Below are positions 43,771-52,274 of a stretch of 64,000 bases of DNA, piece by piece (the first letter of the stretch is position 1; the number at the start of each line of letters is the position of its first letter). The position numbers and the translations under genes are program-made. A model generated the notes under the pieces. That model was not told the origin of the DNA and searched no databases. It was given only the letters and a program-made list of their open reading frames with translations. The DNA is from a virus (taxonomy: Duplodnaviria > Caudoviricetes). The stretch covers positions 1-64,000 of IMG/VR virus record IMGVR_UViG_2865671049_000004; one strand, written 5' to 3'.

Positions 43771-45756
43771 GTGACCGACACCGCCCCGGCCGCCGCGAGG
43801 AAGGCCCTGCAGCACCCCCGCACCAGGCCCTGGCTCGTCGTCGCGGCCGAACTCCCCGCCACCTTCACCACCCACTACGTCTGGGGCAACAGCGCCCTCG
43901 CCGGCGCCGGCCTCACCCTCGCCGCCGGGGCCGTCACCGCCGCCACCTGGTTCGCCAGCCAAGGAAGCACCCACCAGCGGCGCGTCCACGCCACCGCCAC
44001 CGCGGCCCTCGCCACCGGCTACCTCGTCATCGGCACCGCCGCCAACCCCTACGACCCCACCCTCGTATCCACGCTGGTCATCGGCGGTGCCACCCTCGCC
44101 GGCACGTGGAACATCCGCCAGGTCCTCCGCGTCAACCCGGACACGAAGGCCATCGAGAAGGCCCCCGCCGAGGCCGGGATCCTCACCAAGTCCATCGGCG
44201 CCGCGAAGGTCCTGCTGCGTGGGAAGCCGAAGGTCGAGGCGAACAAGGTCACCGCCGAACTGCAGCTCGCCCCGGGCGAACTGTCCACCGACGAACTCGG
44301 CAACCGCACCAAGCAGATCGCCGGTGAGCTGGGCGTTTCCGCCAACAGCATCAAGATCCTGCCCGACCCGGACCGTGCTGACCGCGCCACCCTCATCGTC
44401 GTCCCCGAGGACATGCTCAAGAAGACCACCCCGTGGCCCGGCCCGTCCTGCCTCGGCGACTCCATCACCGAGCCCGTCGAGATCGGCATCTACGAGGACG
44501 GCGAGGTCGCCGTCCTGTGGTTCCCCGCCGGCCCCGGCCGCAACGCCACGCACTTCCTCACCGCCGGGATGAACGGCGCGGGGAAGTCCGCCGGCCAGTC
44601 CGTCGCCATCACCGAAGTCCTGACCAGGCGAGATGTCATCGTCTGGGCGATCGACCCCAGCAAGGGCCTGCAGACGTTCGCCCCGTTCCTGCCCTACCTG
44701 GACTGGGTGGAGATGACGATGTCCGGCGGCGAGGCGATGATCGCCGCCCTCGGCCAGGTCATCACCGCCCGCGCCAACGAGATGGGCAAGCACGGCTACA
44801 AGAACTGGACCCCCGAGGTGTACGAGCGCCTCGACATGCCGTACATGGTCGTGTGGATCGAGGAGGCCGCGAAGTTCTTCCGCGAAGGCACCGAGATGGA
44901 AGGCCTCGTCATGGAGGCCCGCTCCGCCGGGATCTCCGTCATCATCAGCCTCCAACGCCCCTCCGCCACCTCCATGCCCACCGACGTCCGTGAGCAGCTC
45001 GGCGGCGCCCTCGTCTTCGGAGTGAAGGGCTCCACCACCGCCGACATGGCCCTTCCCGAGGACGTCCGCGACGCCGGCGCCCGCCCCGAGGTCTGGCAGA
45101 ACCGCAAGCCCGGCTACTGCTACCTCGTCGCCCCCGGCGTCGACGAGGAGCGCTACCCCTTCCCCATCCGCACCTACTACATCACCGACGACCAGATCGA
45201 AGGGACCCTCGCCCTCGCGCCCCGCCCCACCGCCGACCCGGTCACCGCCCGCGCCGCCGGCGAGGCCTACGCCAACCGAGCCATCCACCTCCCCGACGGC
45301 GTCTACACCACCCCCACCAGCGCAGACACCATCACCGACGTGGAGCAGCAGGACATCATGGACGACGAGGACCAGCGCATCCAGGCCGCCGTCGATAGGG
45401 AACTGGTCCTCGACGGTGCCGACGACGACGGCTCCCCGAGCCCCGACGTCGACCCCGAGCAGGAGATCGCCGCCCCCGCGGTCCTCTGGTCCTTCGGCCA
45501 GGCCCCGCCCGCCAGCGCCGAGGTCACCACCGAGCAGGCCCTAGGCGCGGTCCTCCTGCTCCTGGAGGTCTTCCGCGACGAGGGGCGCACCATCATCGGC
45601 CCCAAGGACTTCATGCCGCACCTGCCCGCCATCGGCCGCTCCCGCGCATGGCTCTCCCCGCAGCTCGCCGACCTCGGTGAGGCTGGCATCCACCTGCAGC
45701 CGACCGGGCGGCCCGGCGAGTACCACCTCCTCGACCCGCAGTTCGCCGACGCCTGA
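43771..45756 (+). CDS. traB: Streptomyces conjugative FtsK/SpoIIIE-like DNA translocase
   Basis: N-terminal TMs, HFLTAGMNGAGKS, WIEEAA, EARSAG.S..SLQRPS, C-terminal wHTH. Confidence 0.9.
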   Translation: MTDTAPAAARKALQHPRTRPWLVVAAELPATFTTHYVWGNSALAGAGLTLAAGAVTAATWFASQGSTHQRRVHATATAALATGYLVIGTAANPYDPTLVSTLVIGGATLAGTWNIRQVLRVNPDTKAIEKAPAEAGILTKSIGAAKVLLRGKPKVEANKVTAELQLAPGELSTDELGNRTKQIAGELGVSANSIKILPDPDRADRATLIVVPEDMLKKTTPWPGPSCLGDSITEPVEIGIYEDGEVAVLWFPAGPGRNATHFLTAGMNGAGKSAGQSVAITEVLTRRDVIVWAIDPSKGLQTFAPFLPYLDWVEMTMSGGEAMIAALGQVITARANEMGKHGYKNWTPEVYERLDMPYMVVWIEEAAKFFREGTEMEGLVMEARSAGISVIISLQRPSATSMPTDVREQLGGALVFGVKGSTTADMALPEDVRDAGARPEVWQNRKPGYCYLVAPGVDEERYPFPIRTYYITDDQIEGTLALAPRPTADPVTARAAGEAYANRAIHLPDGVYTTPTSADTITDVEQQDIMDDEDQRIQAAVDRELVLDGADDDGSPSPDVDPEQEIAAPAVLWSFGQAPPASAEVTTEQALGAVLLLLEVFRDEGRTIIGPKDFMPHLPAIGRSRAWLSPQLADLGEAGIHLQPTGRPGEYHLLDPQFADA

Positions 45757-45909
45757 CACTCCACTGACAGGCCCCTGACCTGCACCGACGGGACCGCTGA
45801 CACCTTCCTGCCCTGTCAGGACCTGTCAGCGGCCCCGTCAGGCCGCTGACACGGCCGCCCACCTATAGGAAAGCGATCAACCACCCCGCTGTCAGCCGGC
45901 GCTGACAGC
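45753..45909. repeat. CTGAC(A) repeat cluster downstream of traB (clt candidate)
   Basis: About 10 copies in both orientations, e.g. 45753, 45764, 45797, 45846, 45902 (+) and 45814, 45824, 45890 (-). Confidence 0.75.
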
Positions 45910-45928
45910 CGAGCCCGAGGACGCCCGC

Positions 45929-46354
45929 ATGACCCGGAATCGACGCCCCCCGCGAGCAGCCGTCCTTGCCGCAGCCCTGCACTCCTGGACCACCACCACC
46001 GCCGCAGGTGACCAGGGCGAACCGGCCACGCGCCTCGCCGTCCGCCAAGGGCCCACCTGGGAGCACATCGCTACTGCCAGCCTCACCGACGTGCAGGTCA
46101 CCCGACTGCTCGCGGCGCTGCGTGCCGACCTCGTTCCCGACCAGCCCGCCACTCCGATGCAGGTGGCGGCGACCCTCGATCAGTTGCTCGCCGAGTGGCG
46201 GGCCGAGGGTCGCCGCATCGTCCGCCCCAGTGACCTTGTCGAGGCGCTGCCCCGGCTCGGCTGCACGACTGCCGAGCTCGCCGCCCAGCTCGTCCGTCTT
46301 GTCGACGACCGCTACTTGCACGAGACCCGCCACCCCGGCACCTACCGCCTCTGA
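45929..46354 (+). CDS. protein ending in a TraB-like wHTH domain
   Basis: IVRPSDL..LPRLG..L.AQL.RL..TRHPGTYRL resembles the TraB tail. Confidence 0.65.
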   Translation: MTRNRRPPRAAVLAAALHSWTTTTAAGDQGEPATRLAVRQGPTWEHIATASLTDVQVTRLLAALRADLVPDQPATPMQVAATLDQLLAEWRAEGRRIVRPSDLVEALPRLGCTTAELAAQLVRLVDDRYLHETRHPGTYRL

Positions 46355-46371
46355 CCACCGTGGAGAACCCG

Positions 46372-46836
46372 ATGAACACTCAGAGCGCCAACAATCCACC
46401 CGTCTACCAGCCGACCCCGATCCCGTTCCTGCCCGCCCCTGTTCGGGCGCCCCAGCCGCTGGTCCAGCAGTTGCCCGGAGTCGTCGTCACCCCCGACGGG
46501 CAGCTGTACCACGGCTACCCGCCGATCCCGTACCCGGAGCCCCTCCCCCCAGACCCGCGGCCGAAGTTGCTGGCGAGCGCCGGCGTCTTCGGCGCGGGCG
46601 TCGGCTGGGGCGGGGCGCAGTTGCTGGGCGCGCTGGCCGGCGTCTCCACGGGGACACTGCTCGCGGCGACAGTCGCGGTGATCGCCCTGAAGACGAAGCT
46701 GCCGACGCCCGGGGGCGCTGGGGGCGGGACGGTGTACAACCACACCGAGCACAATCACCACCACACCACCGCCACGGGCCTGTTCGGCCGGGCCACCACC
46801 GCGATCAACAGCGCGCGCACCAACAACTTCAACTGA
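46372..46836 (+). CDS. Spd-like membrane protein
   Basis: Pro-rich N-terminus, 2 TM, His-rich tail. Confidence 0.6.
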   Translation: MNTQSANNPPVYQPTPIPFLPAPVRAPQPLVQQLPGVVVTPDGQLYHGYPPIPYPEPLPPDPRPKLLASAGVFGAGVGWGGAQLLGALAGVSTGTLLAATVAVIALKTKLPTPGGAGGGTVYNHTEHNHHHTTATGLFGRATTAINSARTNNFN

Positions 46837-46894
46837 CACAGCCGCCCGCCCCTGACATTTCCAGGGGCGGGCACCGGCGCGAGAGGATGAACCC

Positions 46895-47173
46895 ATGAGC
46901 GAGCCCTATGCCCCCTTCCCCGGATCCGTAGAACTCAGCGCGACTGTCGAAGTCAACGGGCGCCGCTACCAAGCCCGCACCCAGGCTCCCCTGCAGGACT
47001 GGCAGCGGGACGAGCAGTACCAGGAGTGGCTGAAGGCGGATCTTCTGCGGTCCCTCGGCGAGGGGATCGTGAAGGGTCTCGCCCCCGAGGTCATGGTCAC
47101 CCTGCCCGGCCCGACCCTGCAGGAGGCGCTCACCGACGCGCTCCGCCCCTTCGACTACCCGACCGAGTACTGA
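46895..47173 (+). CDS. hypothetical protein
   Basis: ORF coupled to next gene. Confidence 0.6.
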   Translation: MSEPYAPFPGSVELSATVEVNGRRYQARTQAPLQDWQRDEQYQEWLKADLLRSLGEGIVKGLAPEVMVTLPGPTLQEALTDALRPFDYPTEY

Positions 47174-47553
47174 TGAGCACCGACCTGGCCGGGTTCCTGC
47201 TGGCCCGCCTCGACGAGGACATCGTCGAGATTGGGCGGCACCCGGATGGCGAGGACTACTACCTCGAACCCTGGGATCTGGCAGCTGCTGTGGAGGCCAA
47301 CTACCCGTGCTCGGCGTACCTCCAGATCGCAAAGGTTCGCGCACTGGCCGAGGTCGACGCCAAGCGGTGCATCATCGACGAGCATCACGATGTCAACGAC
47401 GGCAGCTGCGGCACATGCGTCACGCCCAGCTGGGGCTACCCCACCCACGGCAGCGCATCGCCCGCCGCGTGGCCGTGCACCACACTCCGCCTGCTCGCCC
47501 TACCGTACGCGGCTCACCCCAACTACCGACCCGAGTGGGCACCCACCGCCTGA
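47173..47553 (+). CDS. DUF6221-type protein
   Basis: DL..FL.ARL.ED..LAEV.AKR.I..TLRLLALPYA.HP.YRPEWAP. Confidence 0.8.
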   Translation: MSTDLAGFLLARLDEDIVEIGRHPDGEDYYLEPWDLAAAVEANYPCSAYLQIAKVRALAEVDAKRCIIDEHHDVNDGSCGTCVTPSWGYPTHGSASPAAWPCTTLRLLALPYAAHPNYRPEWAPTA

Positions 47554-47568
47554 GTCTGCAGCGCACGA

Positions 47569-47600
47569 AAGCCCCGCCCTTCACCGGGCGGGGCTTCGTC
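47569..47600. terminator. terminator hairpin ending the transfer module
   Basis: aagccccgccc/gggcggggctt. Confidence 0.7.
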
Positions 47601-47703
47601 GTTTGCAGAACCCGTCGCCACCCGTGCTCCGATAGGACCGCCCGCGAGGGCCCGGGACCCCCTCCGCCCGGCCGCTGACCACCCGCGCCCACCGGAGGAA
47701 CCC

Positions 47704-48150
47704 GTGGCCGACATCGCCTTCGTCGTAGCCCTCGGTCGCCAGGCCTACTACGCGTCCCTGCCCGCCGCCAACGACGCCCTCATCGCTGTACCCATCGAAA
47801 CCAGCGGCATCGTTGCCGACGCCACCATGCGCGACTACGCCGACCTCGCCACCCTCCTCGCCGGCGCCAGCAACGAGCAGACGACTCTCGGCCGCAAGAC
47901 GCTGGCCAGTGTCACCGTCACCGTTGACACCGCCAACGACCGCGTCGCCCTCGACTGCGCAGACATCACCTGGACCGCCACCGCCGGCAACGCCATCAGT
48001 GCAGTCCTCATCTGCTACGACCCCGACACCACCGGCGGCACCGACGCCGACATCATCCCCCTCACCAAGCACGGCGTGACCATGACCCCGGACGGCAACG
48101 ACTTCACCCTCACCGTCGCCGACTTCTGCCGGATCACCTCGGCGGCCTGA
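47704..48150 (+). CDS. putative virion accessory protein
   Basis: Beta-rich Thr/Asp protein (GRKTL..DTANDR..D.ADITW..ICYD..PDG). Confidence 0.6.
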   Translation: MADIAFVVALGRQAYYASLPAANDALIAVPIETSGIVADATMRDYADLATLLAGASNEQTTLGRKTLASVTVTVDTANDRVALDCADITWTATAGNAISAVLICYDPDTTGGTDADIIPLTKHGVTMTPDGNDFTLTVADFCRITSAA

Positions 48151-48169
48151 GCCACCGCCAGGAGCCCCC

Positions 48170-49678
48170 ATGACCGGCATCTCGGCCCTGGTCGACAACT
48201 TCAACGACAACACCGTCAACGGCACCCTATGGCCCGGCAACTACGGCACCTACCAGGAAACCGGCGGCCGGGCCCGCGTCGCCTGCGACACCGGCTTCAA
48301 CGCCTACAAGTCCGGAACGATCTACACACTGACCGGCTCGTCCGTGTTCCTGCAGGTCTTCCCGCCAGCCGCGACGGGAGCCGCCACCTCCACCTGCACC
48401 ATGTTCCTCACCACCACGACCGCGGGCACCGACGCAGGCTTCCTCATCGACACCGCCGGCAACGCCATGGGCATCTATCTGCGCTCCGGGTTCGCCGACG
48501 CCGGCGCGGTGTTCCTCACCTACAGTGCGACCGACCACGCGTGGCTGCGGCTCCGCGAAGCCGCGGGGTCGCTGTACTGGGAGACCAGTCCGAACGGTAC
48601 GACCTGGACGGTCCAGCGGACCGCCGCCACCCCAGCCTGGGCCACGGACACGACGCTCAGCCTGTTCATGGACTCCCACCGCGACGCGGGCACCAACAAC
48701 TGGGCCGAATACGACAACCTCAACTCGTTGCCAGTCACCACCATCGCCCTCGGCCCGGCAGCTTCCGTGTCCACTGCCCAGCCCCTTGTGGCGCGGCGCA
48801 GCACCACCCTCGGTGTCGCCACCGTCACCACCACGGCGCAGCACCCCGCCGCGGCCAAGACCCGAACCGCAGGCATCGCGGGCAGCACCGCCACCGTCCA
48901 GCCGTCGGCCGGCGCGAAAACCGGGCACCTCGGCCAAGCCGCCGCCAGCACCAGCGCAGCCACCCTCCCCGGCACCAAGCAGGCCTCGGCCACCCCCGCC
49001 GGAACGGCCAGCACCGCCCAGGCCACCACCAGCGCCAAGGCCCGCCAGCTCGGCCAAGCCGGCACCACCGCGACCCCGCGCACCCTGGCCGGCGCCAAGA
49101 CCGCGCCCGTAGGCACCACGGCGGCAGTCGCCACCCCGCTCGCCTTCACCCCACGCCGTTCCGCGCCCCTCAACCCGGCCGGCACCAGCAGCACCGCCCA
49201 ACCTGCCCCCGGCTACAAGCAGCGCACCCTCACCCCCGCCGGCGAGACCGCCACCTCCCGAACCCTCGCACCACCCGCACCACCCACCCACGCCATCCAC
49301 CTCCAACTCACCGGCCCGCCCACCACCGCCTGGGCCACCCACGGCACCACCACCCCCTGGACCTGCACCGGAAGGACCGCCCCCGTGGACGCCCTCAGCA
49401 CGGAGTACTACGAAGTCGGCGTCACCTGGGACCGCGGCACTCCCACCGCCCTCGACGTCCAGATCGCCATCATCCCCGTCGGCCACGAACCCGCCCTTGC
49501 GGACTGGCACCCCGCCCAGTGGGACACCACCAGCACCGGCACCACCGTCGCCAAGCTCCTCGTCGGCCCCGACGGCGGCGCCCTCGCCCCCACCCCCGGC
49601 CGCTACCGCGCCTGGGTGAACGTGGCCGCCACACCCGAACACCCCGTGCTCTCCACCGCCCCCTTCGACATCACCTGA
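48170..49678 (+). CDS. putative virion fibre/adhesin: beta-sandwich + nine 20-aa repeats + C-terminal domain
   Basis: DNFND, WLRLRE..SPNG.TW; repeats about 48740-49280. Confidence 0.6.
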   Translation: MTGISALVDNFNDNTVNGTLWPGNYGTYQETGGRARVACDTGFNAYKSGTIYTLTGSSVFLQVFPPAATGAATSTCTMFLTTTTAGTDAGFLIDTAGNAMGIYLRSGFADAGAVFLTYSATDHAWLRLREAAGSLYWETSPNGTTWTVQRTAATPAWATDTTLSLFMDSHRDAGTNNWAEYDNLNSLPVTTIALGPAASVSTAQPLVARRSTTLGVATVTTTAQHPAAAKTRTAGIAGSTATVQPSAGAKTGHLGQAAASTSAATLPGTKQASATPAGTASTAQATTSAKARQLGQAGTTATPRTLAGAKTAPVGTTAAVATPLAFTPRRSAPLNPAGTSSTAQPAPGYKQRTLTPAGETATSRTLAPPAPPTHAIHLQLTGPPTTAWATHGTTTPWTCTGRTAPVDALSTEYYEVGVTWDRGTPTALDVQIAIIPVGHEPALADWHPAQWDTTSTGTTVAKLLVGPDGGALAPTPGRYRAWVNVAATPEHPVLSTAPFDIT

Positions 49679-49737
49679 CCGTTCGCAACCCCGCAGCCTC
49701 CCCGGGCGATCATCCAAGTCGACCCGAGGAGGACCCC

Positions 49738-50202
49738 ATGTCCGACGTCAACCGCTGGGAGAAGGTCGGCGTGTCCCTGCGCCGAGCCTCCCTCGTCAAG
49801 GCCCGCATCGACGGCGTCTCCTTCGAAGAGATCGCCAACGACCCCCACTTCGGATACAAGGGCTCCGAGTCCGCCGCCCGCAAGGACTTCACCCGCGCCA
49901 AGCGCGCCGCGTCCCAGGCCGAGCAGGAGATGGCCGACACGTGGATCGAGCTGCAGGTCGACCGGCTGGAGCACTACCTGGCCGCGCTCGCCCCGCGGGT
50001 CGACAGGGGTGAGCCGCGGGCGATCGAGGTGGCGATCGCCGCGTGCAAGGAGATCGCGAAGCTGCGGGGCATCAACGCTGCGATCAAGGTCGATGCGACG
50101 GTCACCGAGACGACGTCCGTGGACCTCGAACTCCGCGACATGATCAACGAGGCGAAGGCGCGCGTCGCCGCCGAAGAAGCCGCCCTGCGAGGCGAGCAGT
50201 GA
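49738..50202 (+). CDS. terminase small subunit (putative)
   Basis: N-terminal HTH, ELQ.DRLE, AKL.G; upstream of terL. Confidence 0.7.
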   Translation: MSDVNRWEKVGVSLRRASLVKARIDGVSFEEIANDPHFGYKGSESAARKDFTRAKRAASQAEQEMADTWIELQVDRLEHYLAALAPRVDRGEPRAIEVAIAACKEIAKLRGINAAIKVDATVTETTSVDLELRDMINEAKARVAAEEAALRGEQ

Positions 50203-50663
50203 CCGAGACCCACTACTACCTGGAGTCCCTCGTCCCGTCATGGCTCGCCGCCGACCCCGGGTACGTCGCGGCGCTCGGCGAACACCTGGCCGCCCGCATG
50301 GAACTTCAGGGCTACGAGGTCACCTCCGGGCCCGTCGTGGTGCCCGCCCACACGGAAGCGCGCGTCCCGGTCGGCATGACCCTCGTCCGCGCCGAGATCG
50401 GCGTCGAGGAGTTCGACCTCGACATGGACGACGACGCGTCCCGCCCGGCCGGCCCATGGCTCGCCTGGCAGCAGGACGACTTCACCGTGCACAGCGTCCC
50501 CCTGGACGACCTCATCGTCCACGACTTCACCGACGACTGCCCGTGCGGCCCCGACCAGATCCCCATCCCCCGAGTCGACGGCGCTCAAGGCTGGATCGTG
50601 CGGCACCACTCCCTCGACGGCCGCGAGCAGCACGAGGCGTCGCCGGGCCCGTCAGGGGGGTAG
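50199..50663 (+). CDS. hypothetical protein
   Basis: GTGA overlap; H..DDCPCGP..HHSLDGRE. Confidence 0.6.
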   Translation: MTETHYYLESLVPSWLAADPGYVAALGEHLAARMELQGYEVTSGPVVVPAHTEARVPVGMTLVRAEIGVEEFDLDMDDDASRPAGPWLAWQQDDFTVHSVPLDDLIVHDFTDDCPCGPDQIPIPRVDGAQGWIVRHHSLDGREQHEASPGPSGG

Positions 50664-50666
50664 CGC

Positions 50667-52226
50667 ATGCTCGACACCATCACCGAGCCCCTGGACTCCT
50701 ACCTTGCCGGCGTCGACGCCGAGGCCTTCAACCTCGACCGGTTCCTCGACCAGTACGTCCCCGACTCCAGGGTCCTGGACGACGCCGAAGGCCGGCGCGC
50801 CCTCACCCGCCTCAACCCGCTCCTCTTCGGTCTCGTCTACCTGCGCCACCACCTCACCGATGCCGAGGGGACTGTGAGTTTCGGCGACGCCCACCTGGAC
50901 TGGGTGCGCGCCGCTCGACGCTGGATCCGCCCGCCGACCAGACCGGCTGAGCAGCGTGACGCCTACATCGCGCCGCGCTCCACCGGGAAGTCCACGATGT
51001 GGTTCCTCGTCCTGCCGATGTGGGCCGCCGCGCACGGCTTCGTGAAGTTCATCGCGGCGTTCTCCGCGTCCGCCGCGCAGGCCGAGGCGCACCTGTCGAC
51101 GTTCAAGCTGGAGCTCGACAACAACGCGCGCCTGCGGGAGGACTACCCGGACCTGTGCGCGCCGGCGAAGCGCCCCAACGGCGGGAACGTCGCGGACACG
51201 CAGCGGATGTACGTCGCCGCGTCCCAGTTCGCGTTCGCCGCCCGCGGTATGGACTCCTCCAGCCTCGGCATGAAGGTCGGCTCGCACCGGCCCGACCTGC
51301 TGTTGCTCGACGATGTCGAGCCGGATGAGTCGTCATATTCGGCTGACCAGGCAGGCAAGCGCCTCACGACGCTGAAGGACGCCATCCTGCCGCTCAACAT
51401 CTACGCGCGGGTCGTGCTGGTCGGAACGGTTACGATGCCAAACAGCATCGTGCACCAACTTGTCAAGCACGGCCGCGGCGTGGAGACCGCCGAGTGGATC
51501 CGCGACGAGAACTTCCGGGCGCACTACTCGGCGCCGATCATCCGCGCCGACGACGGTGCTGAGCGCAGCATGTGGCCCGCCAAGTGGCCGCTCGCCTACC
51601 TGAAGTCCATCGAACACACCAGGTCCTACGCCAAGAACATGGCCAACGACCCGATGGGTGCCGACGGCGACTACTGGTGCGCCGAGGACTTCCGCTACGG
51701 CACCGAACCCGCCACGCACATGATGCTCAGCATCGACCCCGCCGTCACAGCGAAGGCCACGTCCGACTACACCGGGCTGGGCGTCGTCTCCTGGTCCGCC
51801 CGGACGAAGTCCTGCACCGTGCACGCCGCGATCCCCGTCCGGATCCCGCCTGGCGCGAAGCTCCGCGAGCGGGTCCTCGCAGTCCTCGACGAGTTCCCGG
51901 AGATCGGCCTGATCGTCATCGAGACGAACCAGGGCGGCGACGCATGGGCGGCGATCCTGCACAGCATGCCCGTCAAGGTGAAGACCCTGCACCAGCGGGA
52001 GCCGAAGGAAGTGCGGGCCGCCCGGGTCCTCAACCACTACCAGCGCGGCCGGGTCCTGCACGCCAAGCCCCTGCGGGACCTGGAGGAGCAGATGGTTGCG
52101 TTCCCGAAGGCACCGCACGACGACCTCGTCGACTGCGTCGGTTCGGCGATCAGCAGGTTCCTCGACCCGCCGAAGCGGCCCGCGCCGGCGTCGGCGTCGA
52201 AGCAGTCATACGTCGGGCGCCGCTGA
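50667..52226 (+). CDS. terL: terminase large subunit
   Basis: APRSTGKST, LLLDDVE, SIDPA..SDYTG, FP..HDDLVD. Confidence 0.93.
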   Translation: MLDTITEPLDSYLAGVDAEAFNLDRFLDQYVPDSRVLDDAEGRRALTRLNPLLFGLVYLRHHLTDAEGTVSFGDAHLDWVRAARRWIRPPTRPAEQRDAYIAPRSTGKSTMWFLVLPMWAAAHGFVKFIAAFSASAAQAEAHLSTFKLELDNNARLREDYPDLCAPAKRPNGGNVADTQRMYVAASQFAFAARGMDSSSLGMKVGSHRPDLLLLDDVEPDESSYSADQAGKRLTTLKDAILPLNIYARVVLVGTVTMPNSIVHQLVKHGRGVETAEWIRDENFRAHYSAPIIRADDGAERSMWPAKWPLAYLKSIEHTRSYAKNMANDPMGADGDYWCAEDFRYGTEPATHMMLSIDPAVTAKATSDYTGLGVVSWSARTKSCTVHAAIPVRIPPGAKLRERVLAVLDEFPEIGLIVIETNQGGDAWAAILHSMPVKVKTLHQREPKEVRAARVLNHYQRGRVLHAKPLRDLEEQMVAFPKAPHDDLVDCVGSAISRFLDPPKRPAPASASKQSYVGRR

Positions 52227-52274
52227 GCGTCGCAGCATGTGGGCCGCCCCCTCCTATGGTGATCGCGAATCGAC

